Shown here: piece after piece, positions 39,141 to 52,715 of the stretch
How positions within the stretch are numbered: position 1 is the stretch's first letter
How the letters are laid out: the number at the start of each line of letters is the position of its first letter
NCBI GenBank assembly: GCA_034780895.1
Contig: JAUZTB010000068.1
Coordinates: 24,437,013 to 24,501,012 of the forward strand
Direction of reading: 5' to 3'
DNA length: 64,000 nucleotides
Origin: Rhynchobatus australiae
Taxonomy: Eukaryota
The notes under the pieces: generated by a model
What the model was told of the DNA's origin: nothing
The model's database searches: none
The model's input: the letters and a program-made list of their open reading frames with translations, nothing else
Position numbers and translations under genes: made by a program

Positions 39141-40299
39141 GTGACAAGTGATGAATAAATCTTTGTTTCCGCTGGGCATGGCACCTCCCACCACTTTCAC
39201 ACTCCCCAAGATTAAAATATGTATGCTGGTGATGCATTAATATGCATATCTGATTATTTAATCTCCATGTCCTTTGGCATGCTAAATCCTCCAGACTCAT
39301 TGAAGTGCTCTGCCCATTTTGTGGAAAAATCTCTCAAGTTTGATCCGAACTGTCACCATAATTTTATCTACCTTCCACTCTTAAGCTTTTCTAGAGTGGA
39401 TGTGGATTTAAGAGTAAAGGGAAGTGTGCCTGCTCAGCGTTATTGCTTTGTGATGACAAATGCTTTGGTCATTTCTATCAGATGCAAACATTGAAAATTT
39501 ACGTGCTGCCCGTGGTTGGAGGAGAATGTCATATGTTATTTGTTTGTGAAATGGCAAGTAACATTGCATGCTTATAAAAATTNNNNNNNNNNTCTCTGCA
39601 TGAACTGCCTGCCTATCCCAGTGACACTCCTTGAATTTTGATCCAGCTCCTCAGCATTGATCTTAATCCCACTCCACAAAGTAATACCCCTAACCTTGAG
39701 CACACTAGTTAATCCAACCCCCTTATATATCTATTCCTACTTCACTAAATAAACCCCCATAACTGATGTCATTACTCAGATAAATCTCCCTTGAGTTCAC
39801 ATCATGGAATAACATCACAATCCAAGTCCTGTTCTCAATCCTCAGTTTCCAGACTTCTGATCTTGCCCTCAGACTAATCTCTGAATCTCATTTTTGGACC
39901 AAATTCCAGATTCCAGGACCTCTCCTCAGCTTAAATCATGATCCTGATCCTTTGCTACAGTTAAATCTTCACAACCTAATTCTACCCCTTTGAACGTATT
40001 TCCAATGACATTCGGCAAACTAATCTTCAACTCCTGGTCCCAGTTTTCTGATTAATCCCTTAATCTTCCAAACTGTCCATCCCATCAGTCATAAAATCTG
40101 CTCTGCAAATAAATTAGTTCATCATTTCTTTAGACTAACTGGGAAGTTGTTATGCTGTTGATGGGGAGACTGAGCCTAAAGGTGGGTTAATGACCTTTGG
40201 CAGTGGGAATGTAAAGGGCCAGGATGCCCCTTGGATCAGCCAATGGAAAGCATGAACCAGGATGAGGATGGTGATTGGCTAGCTGGTTATTATCAGGGC

Positions 40300-40445
40300 A
40301 GATTGCTTTCATCAGCAGCCCACCCCCCAAGCCAACAATCACCTCAGGCTCCTGACTCACCACTGCCCCTCTCCTCCTTATACTGGCCATCTTCCTTCTC
40401 CACTCTGAGTCCTGATGCAGGGTTTCGACCTGAAATGTTGAAGAC
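40300..40445 (+). mobile_element. Penelope 3'/pLTR fragment ending in a hammerhead-like motif
   Basis: Pyrimidine-rich lead-in, then gagtc-ctgatgc-agggtttcgacct-gaaa-tgttg. Confidence 0.65.
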
Positions 40446-41579
40446 TTGGCAACACATTGATCATTGAATTTCTTCCTGTAATCTGTCCACATTAGGGCAA
40501 CACTTCCTGCAGTAATCTCAGCTACTACTTCCCATTGTGGCTTGACCATGGGGTTGGAAGGTGTCCTGTCACTTGTAGATACAGAATACCTCTCTTCTGT
40601 TTCATCTCTTCCAGTAAGGTGTCTGAATGTTTTATGCATCTTACCTATGGTTGGATACTGATCAAAGTGTCTGAGCTCAAATTCAGCAGTCAGCTGATTC
40701 TAACTAATCCTTACAGCCACAATGGATGTCCCTTTGAAGAGATACAGTTCAATTTTAAGTACACTAGGCATTCCAGGCATCTGGCATTTGCTGATGTGAG
40801 CAGCCAATGAAAAACCTGCAGATTATTCATTAGAATGTGAGGCAGCACAGATTTAACAGATGAGCACTGGAGGGAATCGNNNNNNNNNNAAGGGAAAAAC
40901 ATATTTGCACAGAGACAGGAACTTTGTGTTGTTGGCACCAGGTCTCTGAAGGAAAGGGATTGGGAGAATGGGGAACATTCTGCATGGAGAATATGCATAC
41001 CTCTACAATGATTACAATCCAAATTACAATGGTTATCACACCAGGAAGTTCCTGGTGGACTTTCTGGAGTAACAAGAAATTATCTGAAGTGGTCTGAAAA
41101 GAAAAAAAAATCTTTTCTAAAAGAAAACAACAAAATAGAATTTCTCAACTTAAGTTCTTAGATCTTATTCACCTCTTCCATATGGGAGTTTATCAAAGGT
41201 TTTGGGGAAATTTAAATATATTACATCAATTACATTACATTTATCTGCCCAATCTAATTAATTCTTCATGGAGTTCAGACAGCCATAATTTCCCTTCCGG
41301 AATCTATGCTGCCTATTCTTTTTACATTAACTGCTTCCGTGTATTATTCCATTACATCATTAAGGAAGAATTCTATCATCTTTCCTACCCAGCATCACAG
41401 TAATAGGTTAATGATCACAAATGACTTGTCTAGATCCCTATACAAGAGGGGCAGCCAGGGCCAACTGTGTTGTGTTGCTAGAGGTAAGTTTTTTTTTAAA
41501 TTGACACTAGGTAGACAGAATAAAAAGCATTTGCTATTAATCTTTTCATAAATTTGGACAATAATTTTATATAGATTTT

Positions 41580-41720
41580 TGCACCACAAGGTTTTGGGGA
41601 TCAGGCTGTAAAGTGGAGATGAGGCCAATGATGAGCTCAGCCATGATCTTATTGAATGGTGGAGCAGGGTCAAGGATCCGCATGGCTGAATCCTGCTCCG
41701 GCTTCTTAAGTTCTTGTACA
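41580..41720 (+). mobile_element. CR1-type 3' tail
   Basis: tcagccatgatcttattgaatggtggagcagg...ggctgaatcctgctcc. Confidence 0.7.
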
Positions 41721-42439
41721 GTAATTTTATTCGCTGTCTGGATGTTAATTCTCCCTATTCTAATAAATTATTATACCCACTTGCTATCTATTCCCTATCT
41801 TTTTTTTTAATATGTATGGAAGTCATCCATCCAGCCAAGAAGTTGGACCCTGTGGGAGTAACTTATGCTTCATGGAGTTTGGGAATGAGGCAGTGATGAC
41901 AAGGCCAACACTGTGTCGTGGATGTCTTGCACACATCTGTTCCCAGTCTCAGTGTCATCTTGTCAGCGGTAAGGAGAATGAATCAATGGTGTTCCTATTG
42001 TCGATTGCAGGCCTTCTTATAAAAAGTAGTGGTGAGTTGCTTGTTGCAATCACTGGGCCATTGATCAACCTGCAGCTCATGGGGATGTTTGTGGTATGGG
42101 ACTCAACAGGACTGTTTAGCTATATAGGTTTATATATAAACACACTGGAGATCACCATGTCTCCCCTCCCCTGTGTTTCCTCAGCCTTTGTGACAGCCCT
42201 TTCTGCAGTTAGAATAGGTAAGAATAGGGAGGATTCTTTAACAGCTGACCTGCTTCTTAGCACAGCCATGATGTCGCAACTATGAGCTCAGCACACTGCT
42301 CCCAATGGGAACTGTACAGGTTCTGATTAGTGCATGAATCTCTGGGTCAACTATCACAATACTACTTTTAAGGTATTTTACCCAATTTCTCAAATATTTC
42401 CAAATCAAAGTGGGTTTTTGCATTATAAATATAGCGTGA

Positions 42440-43740
42440 AATCAATTTCTCAGCTACAAAACACTTTTCTTTTGTCATTTGTGAGTGTGTTGAATGCCTT
42501 ATATATTCCATGACACTGTGGTTTGTCCTGCCTTTCTTCACCTACTAATTTTCCCTTTGTTATTCTCTATTTGGTTGTCTACATTATACATTGTAAATAT
42601 TGCACATTGCATACACGTCTTCCTTTAGATTCAATTTTATTCTTATTTCTTTGCTCACCCAAGATGTGCCATTATCAGCTAGATTTACCTTGCTTTTTGG
42701 TGCGGCATGTTTTCCAGGATTCTATTAATCACTGTTTAAAATGTTTTCCAATATTCCCTCTCAATGTTTATCATTAAAAAATTACTTTCCATTGATTTAA
42801 TACCAAGTAAATTGCATCTTACAACTTTTCATCTCAATTTTACATTTTCTTCTCAATAAAATCTCAGTATCTTATGATCGCTATTGTCCAGACGTTCTGA
42901 TACACTTACAGCTCTTACTTGTCTTGTTGCACAACATTTCTAGTAGTTGTCCCTCTCGTGCTGATTTCTATTACCTCTTCCTGTCTATATGATGCTGTCA
43001 AATCATTGAAGACTATTATTTATGCTCCATTCATGCTTTTCTGTAATTTCCCCCTACGTTTTCCAGTATTAGGTGAACTATGCTAAACCTCTATTAATGT
43101 GACTGATCCAAATCTATCTTTTATTTAAATTCATTTGGTGTCATTTTCTAAACCTCTTGCTAGTTATTCGCCACTGCCACCCTATTGGTTTATTAGTTGT
43201 CAATAAAGATGTCTCTTCTTCCTTTCCTATTATTTTAGTTTATGTTGTAACTACAATATTTTCTATCTTATCTCTCATATGTTTCAACTATTTCAATAAT
43301 ATCTTTCCCCTCTACAGATTAGAGCTCCAGTTTTATTTTGGATGTTATGTACGAAGCTCTGGGGGTGACTTAGTTTATCATTAATAGTTCATATTCCATT
43401 ATTTTTTTAAGCCTTCTTTTATGCTGATTTTTGTCTGCTGACTGTTCATGCTGCTCTCATTCTATAATTTGACCTATCCCCTTCAGGTTTTCACCATAGG
43501 CCTCCTCATCTTGTTGGTTTTTGAGCACTATTGACAACCCTAGTTAACCTTTCTGCTTAGACACCGATGCCATTCCAGCTCTGAGGGAATCTGCCTGATG
43601 GTGTGGTTCCCTTGTATCCCATTTTAGGTGTCTGTCCAACTTAAGTGTAAGTTGGAACTCGTCCTTTCCACACCAGCCATCCAGATACACTTTTCAAGAT
43701 GGCAGCCTTTACATGAATAACATTTATATTTTTAACTTCT
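42440..43740 (-). mobile_element. Highly decayed CR1 (ORF1 end and endonuclease region)
   Basis: Pyrimidine-biased tract with remnants resembling the CR1 endonuclease; no intact frame. Confidence 0.4.
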
Positions 43741-44504
43741 TTGGGCTGGTTTACCTGTTGTTAAAAATGTACGCAGGAGAAAGGAAGTGAGAANNNGCAG
43801 ATCTATCATGTTAAATTCCCTACAACATGTATTAAATTTTCTTCTAAGGAAAAGAAATATTCATGGTGGCAGCATCATCTTGATTCATGACCAAGTAGCA
43901 ATAGAATGTGCTTCAGTCATTTCTTTATTCTACTAAACTTTGATGAATGGATTTTTCATAGTCACTTAGTCAAGCAATATATATTATTTTACAGTAGTCC
44001 AATTTACACGATGACAACAAAAATATTGCATCATTCACTAGGTGAACACTCACTTAACAGCCCTTGCATTGGGTATGGAGATTATGAGTCAAGAAATCAA
44101 AGTGCATAACTGCAGATAAATTAGCTCTGATCTACTTTGAATGGCAAGATAGGCTTGATCTTTAAACAGCTTAACCTTTTCCTAAGATCTTGCGATAATT
44201 CTTGTGTTCTAATCTTTGGTGTAGGATCAGTAGAAATTTGTTACAGCTGGTTTTTTGGTGAGTTATGTCTGAGTAGTTTTATCAATGATCTAGTGATTAC
44301 TACTACACTGACATTTCAAGTATATATGTGAATTCTATACTATAAAATATCATAATCAACTGACATCAATTGTCTTTGCTGTGGTTTTATTCGATTACTT
44401 TTCATAACTAATTTGCACAATAAAACAAATGGTAACCCCTAGAGCATTATATTTGCCCACATTCATCTGCTTCTTCCCTCCCTCTATTATGTGCCTCTCT
44501 TCTC

Positions 44505-44561
44505 TTCAACTTGGACCCACTGCAGTTCGCCTACCGCCACAACAGGTCTACAGCGGACACA
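44505..44561 (+). mobile_element. Rex1 RT start running into a gap
   Basis: LDPLQFAYRHNRSTADT. Confidence 0.85.
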
Positions 44562-45219
44562 NNNNNNNNNNNNNNNNNNNNNNNNNNNNNNNNNNNNNNN
44601 NNNNNNNNNNNNNNNNNNNNNNNNNNNNNNNNNNNNNNNNNNNNNNNNNNNNNNNNNNNNNNNNNNNNNNNNNNNNNNNNNNNNNNNNNNNNNNNNNNNN
44701 NNNNNNNNNNNNNNNNNNNNNNNNNNNNNNNNNNNNNNNNNNNNNNNNNNNNNNNNNNNNNNNNNNNNNNNNNNNNNNNNNNNNNNNNNNNNNNNNNNNN
44801 NNNNNNNNNNNNNNNNNNNNNNNNNNNNNNNNNNNNNNNNNNNNNNNNNNNNNNNNNNNNNNNNNNNNNNNNNNNNNNNNNNNNNNNNNNNNNNNNNNNN
44901 NNNNNNNNNNNNNNNNNNNNNNNNNNNNNNNNNNNNNNNNNNNNNNNNNNNNNNNNNNNNNNNNNNNNNNNNNNNNNNNNNNNNNNNNNNNNNNNNNNNN
45001 NNNNNNNNNNNNNNNNNNNNNNNNNNNNNNNNNNNNNNNTCTCCAGTAGCACTGACCTTCTTCTTCTCAAAGTCCTGGCCCATAGTTCCATGCCACTTGC
45101 TACAGATCAGATTTTAATAAAATACTTCTTTCCTTCCATTCTTATAGTATGTCCAGGATCAACAATTTCAGCAACTCTTAAATTCAAACACTCCTCCACA
45201 TCCTCTGTACCCGTCTCTT

Positions 45220-46780
45220 GCTTCTGACACTATCATCCTCAACCCCTCAACCCCTGCTTGTGTTTTCACCGTCCCTTCTAACCTTACCCTTACTGGTGTT
45301 AAATGATCAGCAGAGACCTCAGCTTCATTCCCAAATATCCCCATCAGATGAACTTAGAGCGTAACATGATATCAAGCTCCTCTTCTGCCGCCTTTGCCTA
45401 AATGCTGATTTCTTTGGCCATACGGTGGATCCTTTCTCCTGCCTTCAGAATCCCCAAACCACCCCAGCCTCTCCCTTTGGTCTCTTAATCCTTTCCAGAT
45501 CTATTCATCACTAACTGGTGATGGTGCATCGATCATCTCAATTTTTCCAAAACCAAGCTGCAGGTGCTTTTAGTTAAAAAAAGGAAAATACTTGCCTTCT
45601 TCTCATTGCTGTCATTAGGGAGGAAGTATGGAGCCTAAAGATGCACACTCAGTGATTTAGGAACAGCTTCTTCCCCTCCACCAACAGATTTCTGAACGGC
45701 CCATGAACCCATGGACATGACCTCGCTATTCCTTTTTTTTGCACTATTTATTTATTTTGTAATTTATAGTAATTTTATGTCTTTGCACTGTACTGCTGCC
45801 GCAAATCAACAAATTTCACGACATATATGTCAGTGATAATAAACCAGACTCTGATAGTCCGCAGATCCGACAGCATCTCAAGAGAAAGAAGTAGAATTAG
45901 CATTTCAATTTGATGACATTTCATCAGAAATGAAAGTTCAGTATCCTGAAGCATAAGCTCTATTTTTGTCTCTCCACAGTTGTTGCCTGACTGGCATTTT
46001 CTGTTTGGATTTAAACTTTTTCACTTCATTTACTCACTCTAGTCTACCCCCACTGAGCGTCCAGCACCCTGCTCACTGACAACTAATTCTAACATTATCA
46101 TTAAAATTGCTGACAAAGCCACATTGATGTTGCATGGTGTATCATCCAGAGGAAAATAACTCCTCATGCTTCATTAAGCCATAACCCCACTAACAACACA
46201 TCAGACCCTTGTTTCCCCAAACCGTTACTGGCCCCATCTTCCTTCATAGCCTCCAATCTCATAGTCATCAAATAATTCAGCCTGTTTCAATATCCTTTAT
46301 AAAGTGCACAAACAGAATAGCTGCAGTTTATTCAACATATCAGCCTATTCTCGTCTCAAAGAATTTACTTCCTTCTACTAGAACTGCTTTCTTTCTCCTT
46401 TTTATCAAGTCTCTAACCACCCATACCTCTGAGGCACCACCTTAAAAGCTTTCCATTCCCTCTGGCCATCCAGGTGTAAGATGGAGATGAGCTTGCTGAT
46501 TGAATGGTTGCACCAGGATGGCTTGTGAACCCTCCAGCTACTTCCCTCTACCAGCTACCCAACCAGTACATCCCCTCACTCTCTCTAAACAATCCCACCA
46601 GCAGCACCCACTCTTGCCTGTTCTCATATTGAAAATCTCCTTTAATAAAAATAGGTAAAATGCTGGGGGAGACAGGATGCCCACATACCCATGCCTTCTG
46701 GAGGTCTGCCTATTTCCTTCTTTGCAACATTACCCAACTTTGCCACTACCTCTGCTTATTTTCTGCTAAAATTCTCATCC
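45220..46780 (+). mobile_element. Old Penelope element (N-terminus and RT remnants) interrupted by a Rex1 tail (45600-45855) and an inverted terminal-unit pair (45860-46020)
   Basis: LSFIP...LLFCRL.L.A.FF at ~45320-45420; NSNIIIKIADK at ~46085; Rex1 tail aacagcttcttcccc...gtcagtgataataaacc. Confidence 0.6.
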
Positions 46781-46849
46781 NNNNNNNNNNNNNNNNNNNN
46801 NNNNNNNNNNNNNNNNNNNNNNNNNNNNNNNNNNNNNNNNNNAACATCA

Positions 46850-47090
46850 GGTCATCCATAACTTAGCAACTAACTTCTTCCAGTGTCCTGTTCATCTGTA
46901 ATCTGTCTGCTTCCTCATCTGCATATTGTGTTTTAATTTTAAGATTCTCACTCTGCCTATGATCTTCCCTCTCTTTACTGATTCATCTCCTGACATATGT
47001 ACACACTTCAAATTATGAATTCCTGATCACCCCGAACTTTATTTACTCCATCACTAGTTTGTATGTCTACAGCTTCCAAGATGTTACTTC
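46850..47090 (+). mobile_element. L2-like 3' fragment
   Basis: Degenerate 'LP...I.FKIL.L' coding remnant (ttttaagattctcactc). Confidence 0.45.
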
Positions 47091-47554
47091 AATTCAAGGT
47101 TAGGGTCATGATCTCCAATTTCTCCTTGTGTGATTTCAGATTTGTTGTAAAGTTATCTAGAGAATCTAGAGAAGATTCGTTGTTCAGTTTTTGAATATAA
47201 CTTAGACTTTCAAGCCTTGTGGGGACCTCTTTTGAATTATTATCAAAATCTCTGATTTGGTGACTAAAACGCAGATATTGGCTGACATTGTTATGTTTTT
47301 AAGGGTTTTTCCTTGTTTTTTCTATCAAATGGCTTTGGTTTTTGGTAGTGGGTGTAGATTTTTTATAATAAAATATTTCAATTTTTTTACATTCATTAAC
47401 TATTACACGTGATTATTAATTTAAAGTATTGTGACCTTGTATGATTTAACACAACATATTCAATAATATTTTTACTCTCTTTCTTGATGCATGTACTCTG
47501 TATTTTTTCATGGATTTAATAAAAAATATTGTAAAAAAAAGATTTGTTGAAAAG

Positions 47555-48030
47555 TTATGACACAGAAAGAGGTCTTTGCCCCACTGTGTCAGTACAATGG
47601 AGTGATCCAGCTTAATCCCAATTTCTGGCACAAGGCCCATAGTCCTACAGGTCACGGCTCTTCAAGGGCCTGTCCAAAGACTTTTTTTTACCAGAGGTGA
47701 GTATTTCTTCCTCTATACCCTTTAAAGCACTGTGTATCAGAGGCTCTAAATGAAAAAAGATATTCCACAATCTCCCTCTAATCCTTCTGCTATTTACTTT
47801 AAGTCTATGCCTTATGCTATTTTTGACAATTCTGTTGAGGGAAATTAGTTCTTGTTATTTAATCTGTCTAGGCCCCTTATAATTTTACACACCACAGTTA
47901 AGTCTTCCTTCAGCCTCCTTGTTCCAAAGAAAACAATCTCATTGTATCCAATCTTTCCTTATAGATAAGATCTTTCAGGCCTGACATCTTCCTCATTAAT
48001 CTCTGTTGTATCCTCTCCCATACAATCAGA
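47555..48030 (-). mobile_element. CR1 3' region, decayed
   Basis: Reverse complement of a ggctgaaggaagac...gtgtaaaattataagggg...gacagatt pattern. Confidence 0.65.
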
Positions 48031-48174
48031 TCTTTTTTTCATGTCATAAAGAGAACTATGCCCTGTGCAGTTGTTATCATTTTGTGCTTATGAATTCTCC
48101 TGTATGGAACCTTTGCCATGTTAAAAAGCCATTTACATGAACTTATTGCTAACATTACGAACGTTGTCTTTCTT

Positions 48175-48252
48175 TTCAGGCAAAGGATGACTTGCCTCCA
48201 CGCTGCTAGTGTGGGTTCTGAGGTGGATGATGAGGCCAATGTGGGAACTGCA
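48175..48252 (-). mobile_element. RTE-clade LINE 3' end
   Basis: CSSHIGLIIHLRTH C-terminal motif followed by gcaagtcatcct. Confidence 0.75.
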
Positions 48253-49723
48253 NNNNNNNNNNNNNNNNNNNNNNNNNNNNNNNNNNNNNNNNNNNNNNNN
48301 NNNNNNNNNNNNNNNNNNNNNNNNNNNNNNNNNNNNNNNNNNNNNNNNNNNNNNNNNNNNNNNNNNNNNNNNNNNNNNNNNNNNNNNNNNNNNNNNNNNN
48401 NNNNNNNNNNNNNNNNNNNNNNNNNNNNNNNNNNNNNNNNNNNNNNNNNNNNNNNNNNNNNNNNNNNNNNNNNNNNNNNNNNNNNNNNNNNNNNNNNNNN
48501 NNNNNNNNNNNNNNNNNNNNNNNNNNNNNAAGGGAAAGTGAAAATAAAATGGAACACCTATTAACAATGGAACACCTTTGCATCAATGAATAGGTTATAC
48601 AGGCAGCACCTAGGACACATAAGGTTTCCTTTCCTGAGAACTGTCTGTAAGCCAATTTCTGTATGTCAGAATCTTCCATTTTCTATAGAGAACCATATCG
48701 TATTGCTCTACATTTGCTACAATTCTTTCATTTCTCTGAAGATTCACCCTAATTACAATCCATAATTAAAGTAATGGAAGACGTACTGTATTTAGTCATT
48801 AGTGAATACCATGAAACATATATTATTATTATTATTATTATTACTGGCTTGAAAATGCATTAAAAATTTATGGAAGAATTTGAATAAAGTTAGATTTCTG
48901 TAAGTTAGGTCATTTGGAACTGGCGGGAGCTCCTGTATACTACAAATTTGTTACTTTTCATTGATTTTCTGAAATTCTGTATCTATTAAAGATGAAGATC
49001 CAAAATTTCAGGCTATTTTTGATATTACAAATTCAAAATAAATCTATAGATCTCCTACACATCTCAATCAGTATTTTAAGAAAACACACTTGTTGGCAAT
49101 GATAGGAGAAAAACATATTGGTTACTCATACTTCATTCTTGGGTTGCTTGTTCTAATATGAGCCTCAATTTGCTTACTACAGCCTGTCCTCTGAAATAGT
49201 GGATGCAGGAACGAATATGACCAGTTTAGAAAGAAGGCAGAATTGGATTTAAATAGCGCATTTTATAATCTCAGAAGGATTATACCGTACATCACAGTTG
49301 TTAAAGTACTTTGGTTGTGGAGTCATTGTTGCTTTCCTGGGATGGTGGAGATGTGGATTCTGAGCTGGCTAACAGGGTCAATGTGGGAACCACTATTCTT
49401 CCACAGGAGGGATAGGAGGTGTTGACTAGGTGGGTGAGTGGTGGTTTGTGAGATTTTCCACTTCTTCTGCTGCTTATGTAGGGCCTCTGTGTGTTCCCGA
49501 TCATAGCCTTGAGGTTCTCAATACCATTCTGAATGCATCTTCTCCACTTTGAATGGTCATGTATGAGAGCTTCCTGGGAATTAGCGGAGATATTACATTT
49601 ACTCAACACATGCTTGACCACATGCTTGAATTATTTCCTCAATCCATCTAATAATGTCATCCCATGATAGAGCCCAGAACAGAGTATCTGTTTTGAGAGT
49701 TAAATGTTGAGAATGCAAATGTT

Positions 49724-49870
49724 GGGGCGGCACGGTAGCATAGTGGTTAGCACAACACTATTACAGCACCAGCGACCCGGGTTTGATTCCCACCGCTGTC
49801 TGTAAGGAGTTTGTACGTTCTCCCGTGTCTGCGTGGGTTTCCTCTGGGTGCTCTGGTTTCCTCCCACATT
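49724..49870 (+). mobile_element. V-SINE head inserted in the RTE element
   Basis: ggggcggcacggtagcatagtggttagc...gacccgggtttgattccc...gtctgcgtgggtttcctc. Confidence 0.9.
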
Positions 49871-50419
49871 NNNNNNNNNNNNNNNNNNNNNNNNNNNNNN
49901 NNNNNNNNNNNNNNNNNNNNNNNNNNNNNNNNNNNNNNNNNNNNNNNNNNNNNNNNNNNNNNNNNNNNNNAAGAGAGAGGGAGATGTGGGAGGAAGGGGT
50001 TAGATAGTCTTAGGTGTAGTTGGAAGGTCAGCACAACATGGTGGGCTGAAGAGCCTGTATTGTGCTGTATTGTTCTATGGTATATTCCAGTGCCTTGAGG
50101 TGCCTGCTATATGTAGTCAGGAGCATCTCGAGGAGCAGTGATCTTTACAGCCTGGTAGAACACTGGTATAGTGCCAGGTCTGAGTTGTGATCTTCAGACA
50201 CACTTATCCTCAATCAACCAAGGCTGTGCTGACGTGTTGAAAGCGATTCATCATCGATGTTGCCATTGCCGAGAGCTGGCTCAAAGATACATATTGGAAA
50301 TGGTCAACGTTTTCCATAATCCCACTGTGAACGTTCATTGTTGGAGGGGCATTGTTGTGTAGTAGGGGCCCGTTGGTCTTGTGGTTGTGTGACCTATTCT
50401 ACTCCTATTTGTTTTCTCT

Positions 50420-50562
50420 CCTTACCAAGGGATTGGGGGATAGTGCTGGAAAATGGTGGACAGGTAGAAGTTCAACCATCATCTTGGTGAATGATGGAGC
50501 AGGTCTGAAGAGCCATGTAGCCTATTTGTGTTTCTATTTCTTATGTTATGTTATGTTATGTT
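50420..50562 (+). mobile_element. CR1-type tail ending in (TTATG)4
   Basis: gaatgatggagcagg...ttcttatgttatgttatgttatgtt. Confidence 0.7.
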
Positions 50563-50939
50563 AACATTGCAGCAAGAACTATTGAGAGAAGTGTTGAAGC
50601 AAGGGCACAGCCTCGTTTGACACCAATCTTCTCTGTGAATAATTGTAGACTCACTGGTTAATATCATGGCTTGCATGTCATTGTGGAGCAAATGTAAAAT
50701 GGAGGCGAATTTAGATGGGCAGTTAAATCTGAGGATGATGTTCCTCAATCCTTCCTGACTGAAGGAGTCAAAGGCTTTGCTTAAGTCACAAATGGCCATG
50801 TCTGTGGCTGGTGCTGCTCCCTGCATTGTGATGAAGATAATGCCCACTGTCCCTCTGGATGGAAGAAATCCATCCCGTGAATCGAGTAGCAGCTCTTTTG
50901 CCACTGGGAGAAAGCAGTTAAGGAGGATCCCAGTGGCTC

Positions 50940-51480
50940 CCCTATCGGATGCTATGACATTGATGTTGATATAAACATCAACAAAGGGCAGACATCAACA
51001 AACATCAACAAACCTGCGGCACAAAGGGCAGGAGGTAGCCAGTTTAAAGAAAAATGCAGTAAGTATAACTCTTTCTGGAGGGGCAAACAGGAAAGGAATG
51101 TTATCTTCATGGAGTGGACTTTTCCATCAAGAATGATTGTATCTCAGCAACTCANNNNNNNNNNNNNNNNNNNNNNNNNNNNNNNNNNNNNNNNNNNNNN
51201 NNNNNNNNNNNNNNNNNNNNNNNNNNNNNNNNNNNNNNNNNNNNNNNNNNNNNNTGATTGTATCTCAGCAACTCAACTTAACCTTATGATTCTTCAGCTC
51301 CCTCTAACACAGGACCAACACATGATAGTCCTCAGTGCATACACTCCAGCCCTGGAAGCCTTTGACAGAGCCAAAGGCCTATATTCCAACCTTGAAAACA
51401 TCCTGGTTCATATTCCACAGGGAGACAAAATGTTTTTCCTGGGTGACCTCACCACCAGAGTGGGAAGAAATGAACTCTTT
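50940..51480 (+). mobile_element. RTE AP-endonuclease fragment, opposite orientation to the adjacent RT
   Basis: YDIDV, FWRGK, HGV, LM.L.LPL.......LSAY.P.L, IPQGDK...LGDLT.RVG. Confidence 0.8.
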
Positions 51481-52339
51481 GCCAATATCTTACCTGCCAC
51501 TATAAAAGGATTAATACTTAAAAAGCAGGGTCATAAAATTTGAAAGTTGCATCATTGCCTTTATACTACAATCTTACCAATGGGAAATTATTAATGTACA
51601 TGATACATTTATTAAAAAATAAATTGTATGCCAAGTCCATTAGGCACCAATTACTGTATTGGGTTGGAAAATGGGCATGTTTCAGAATCCTGTTCAGTGT
51701 TTATCATGGAATATAGAGATCAAAAGATAAATTTCTGATGTACAATTTGTATAGAAGTTCTACAGTCTAGTGATTTCCTTGTAGAAGTTATCGGACATTA
51801 TCAACAAATGATATCAAAACTCTTCCTAACACAAACAGCTGGATAATGCTGAACCTCCACATGCCTTCACACTCCAAGGGAAGATGCAGAGGGCTGATTT
51901 CTCTGGCCCACTCCATGCTCTCTGGCATTTACAAACTATTAAAATTGATGTAAATAATTAAAACAAAAGATTAGAAAATAAAAAAGCAGTGGGGCCACCA
52001 GACTTTGTGAGTGGAGGCTGTATGGAATTTGTAACTTTGTTTACCAACAATATCTGAGAAACCATTATTGTCAGGAGAGGCCAGTGCTGTGACTGCTTTA
52101 CCAAGCAGAAGGCCAATCTTCACCTGTCACTAGAGCGGGATTGTGACAAGTGCTTTGCTTATGTAAGACATAAGGGGATGATTTTAACCTAACTTACTTT
52201 TTAAGAAACTGACAGGTTCAATGAGCACATGCTAATTGGTTGCAATTCTAGTTGTTCACTCTATGAAGTAAATTGAGCGTAACATTGGACAGGGTGTAGA
52301 ACAGAGTTTCCATCCATTCCTATCAGTTTCTTGCCAAAT

Positions 52340-52715
52340 GATTTAAGCTATGATGGGTGATTTCATTGAACTCTGCAAAACTCCTGCAGGGATTGACACG
52401 TCAGGTGCATGAATGATATTTCCCCTGGCTGAGGAATTTAAAACCAGGGATCACAGTCTTAAAATAATTGATCAACCATTCAGGACAGAGATCAGAAGAT
52501 GTTTCTTCACCAAGAGGATAGTGAGTCTTTTGAATTCTCTGTCCAAGAGGGTTGTGAGGGCTCAGAACTAAATATGTTCTGGACAAGGTTTGACAGAATT
52601 TTGGATTAGTGCAGGAAAATGACACTGAGGTGAAAGATTAGCTGTGATCTTAATGAATGGTGGGTATGAGGGGTTGAATAGCCAATCTGTGTTTCTATTT
52701 CTTATGTTCTTCATA
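52340..52715 (+). mobile_element. CR1-type 3' end
   Basis: aaaccagggatcacagtcttaaaata...tttcttcaccaagaggatagtg...ttcttatgttctt. Confidence 0.75.

Larger units (their letters stand above)
49300..50935 (-). mobile_element. RTE (BovB-like) LINE, RT to 3' end, decayed and interrupted by SINE/CR1 inserts
   Basis: GFLPSRGTV.IIF...DLSKAFDS.S.EGL.NI..RF.CP.KF..IL.LLH.DM; 3' part L.KCNI....EAL.HD.SKWR..I..G. Confidence 0.85.

Noticed and set aside
51134-51275. 21-bp direct repeat tgattgtatctcagcaactca flanking a 100-N gap
   Set aside because: Most likely overlapping contig ends joined by a placeholder gap, not a TSD.
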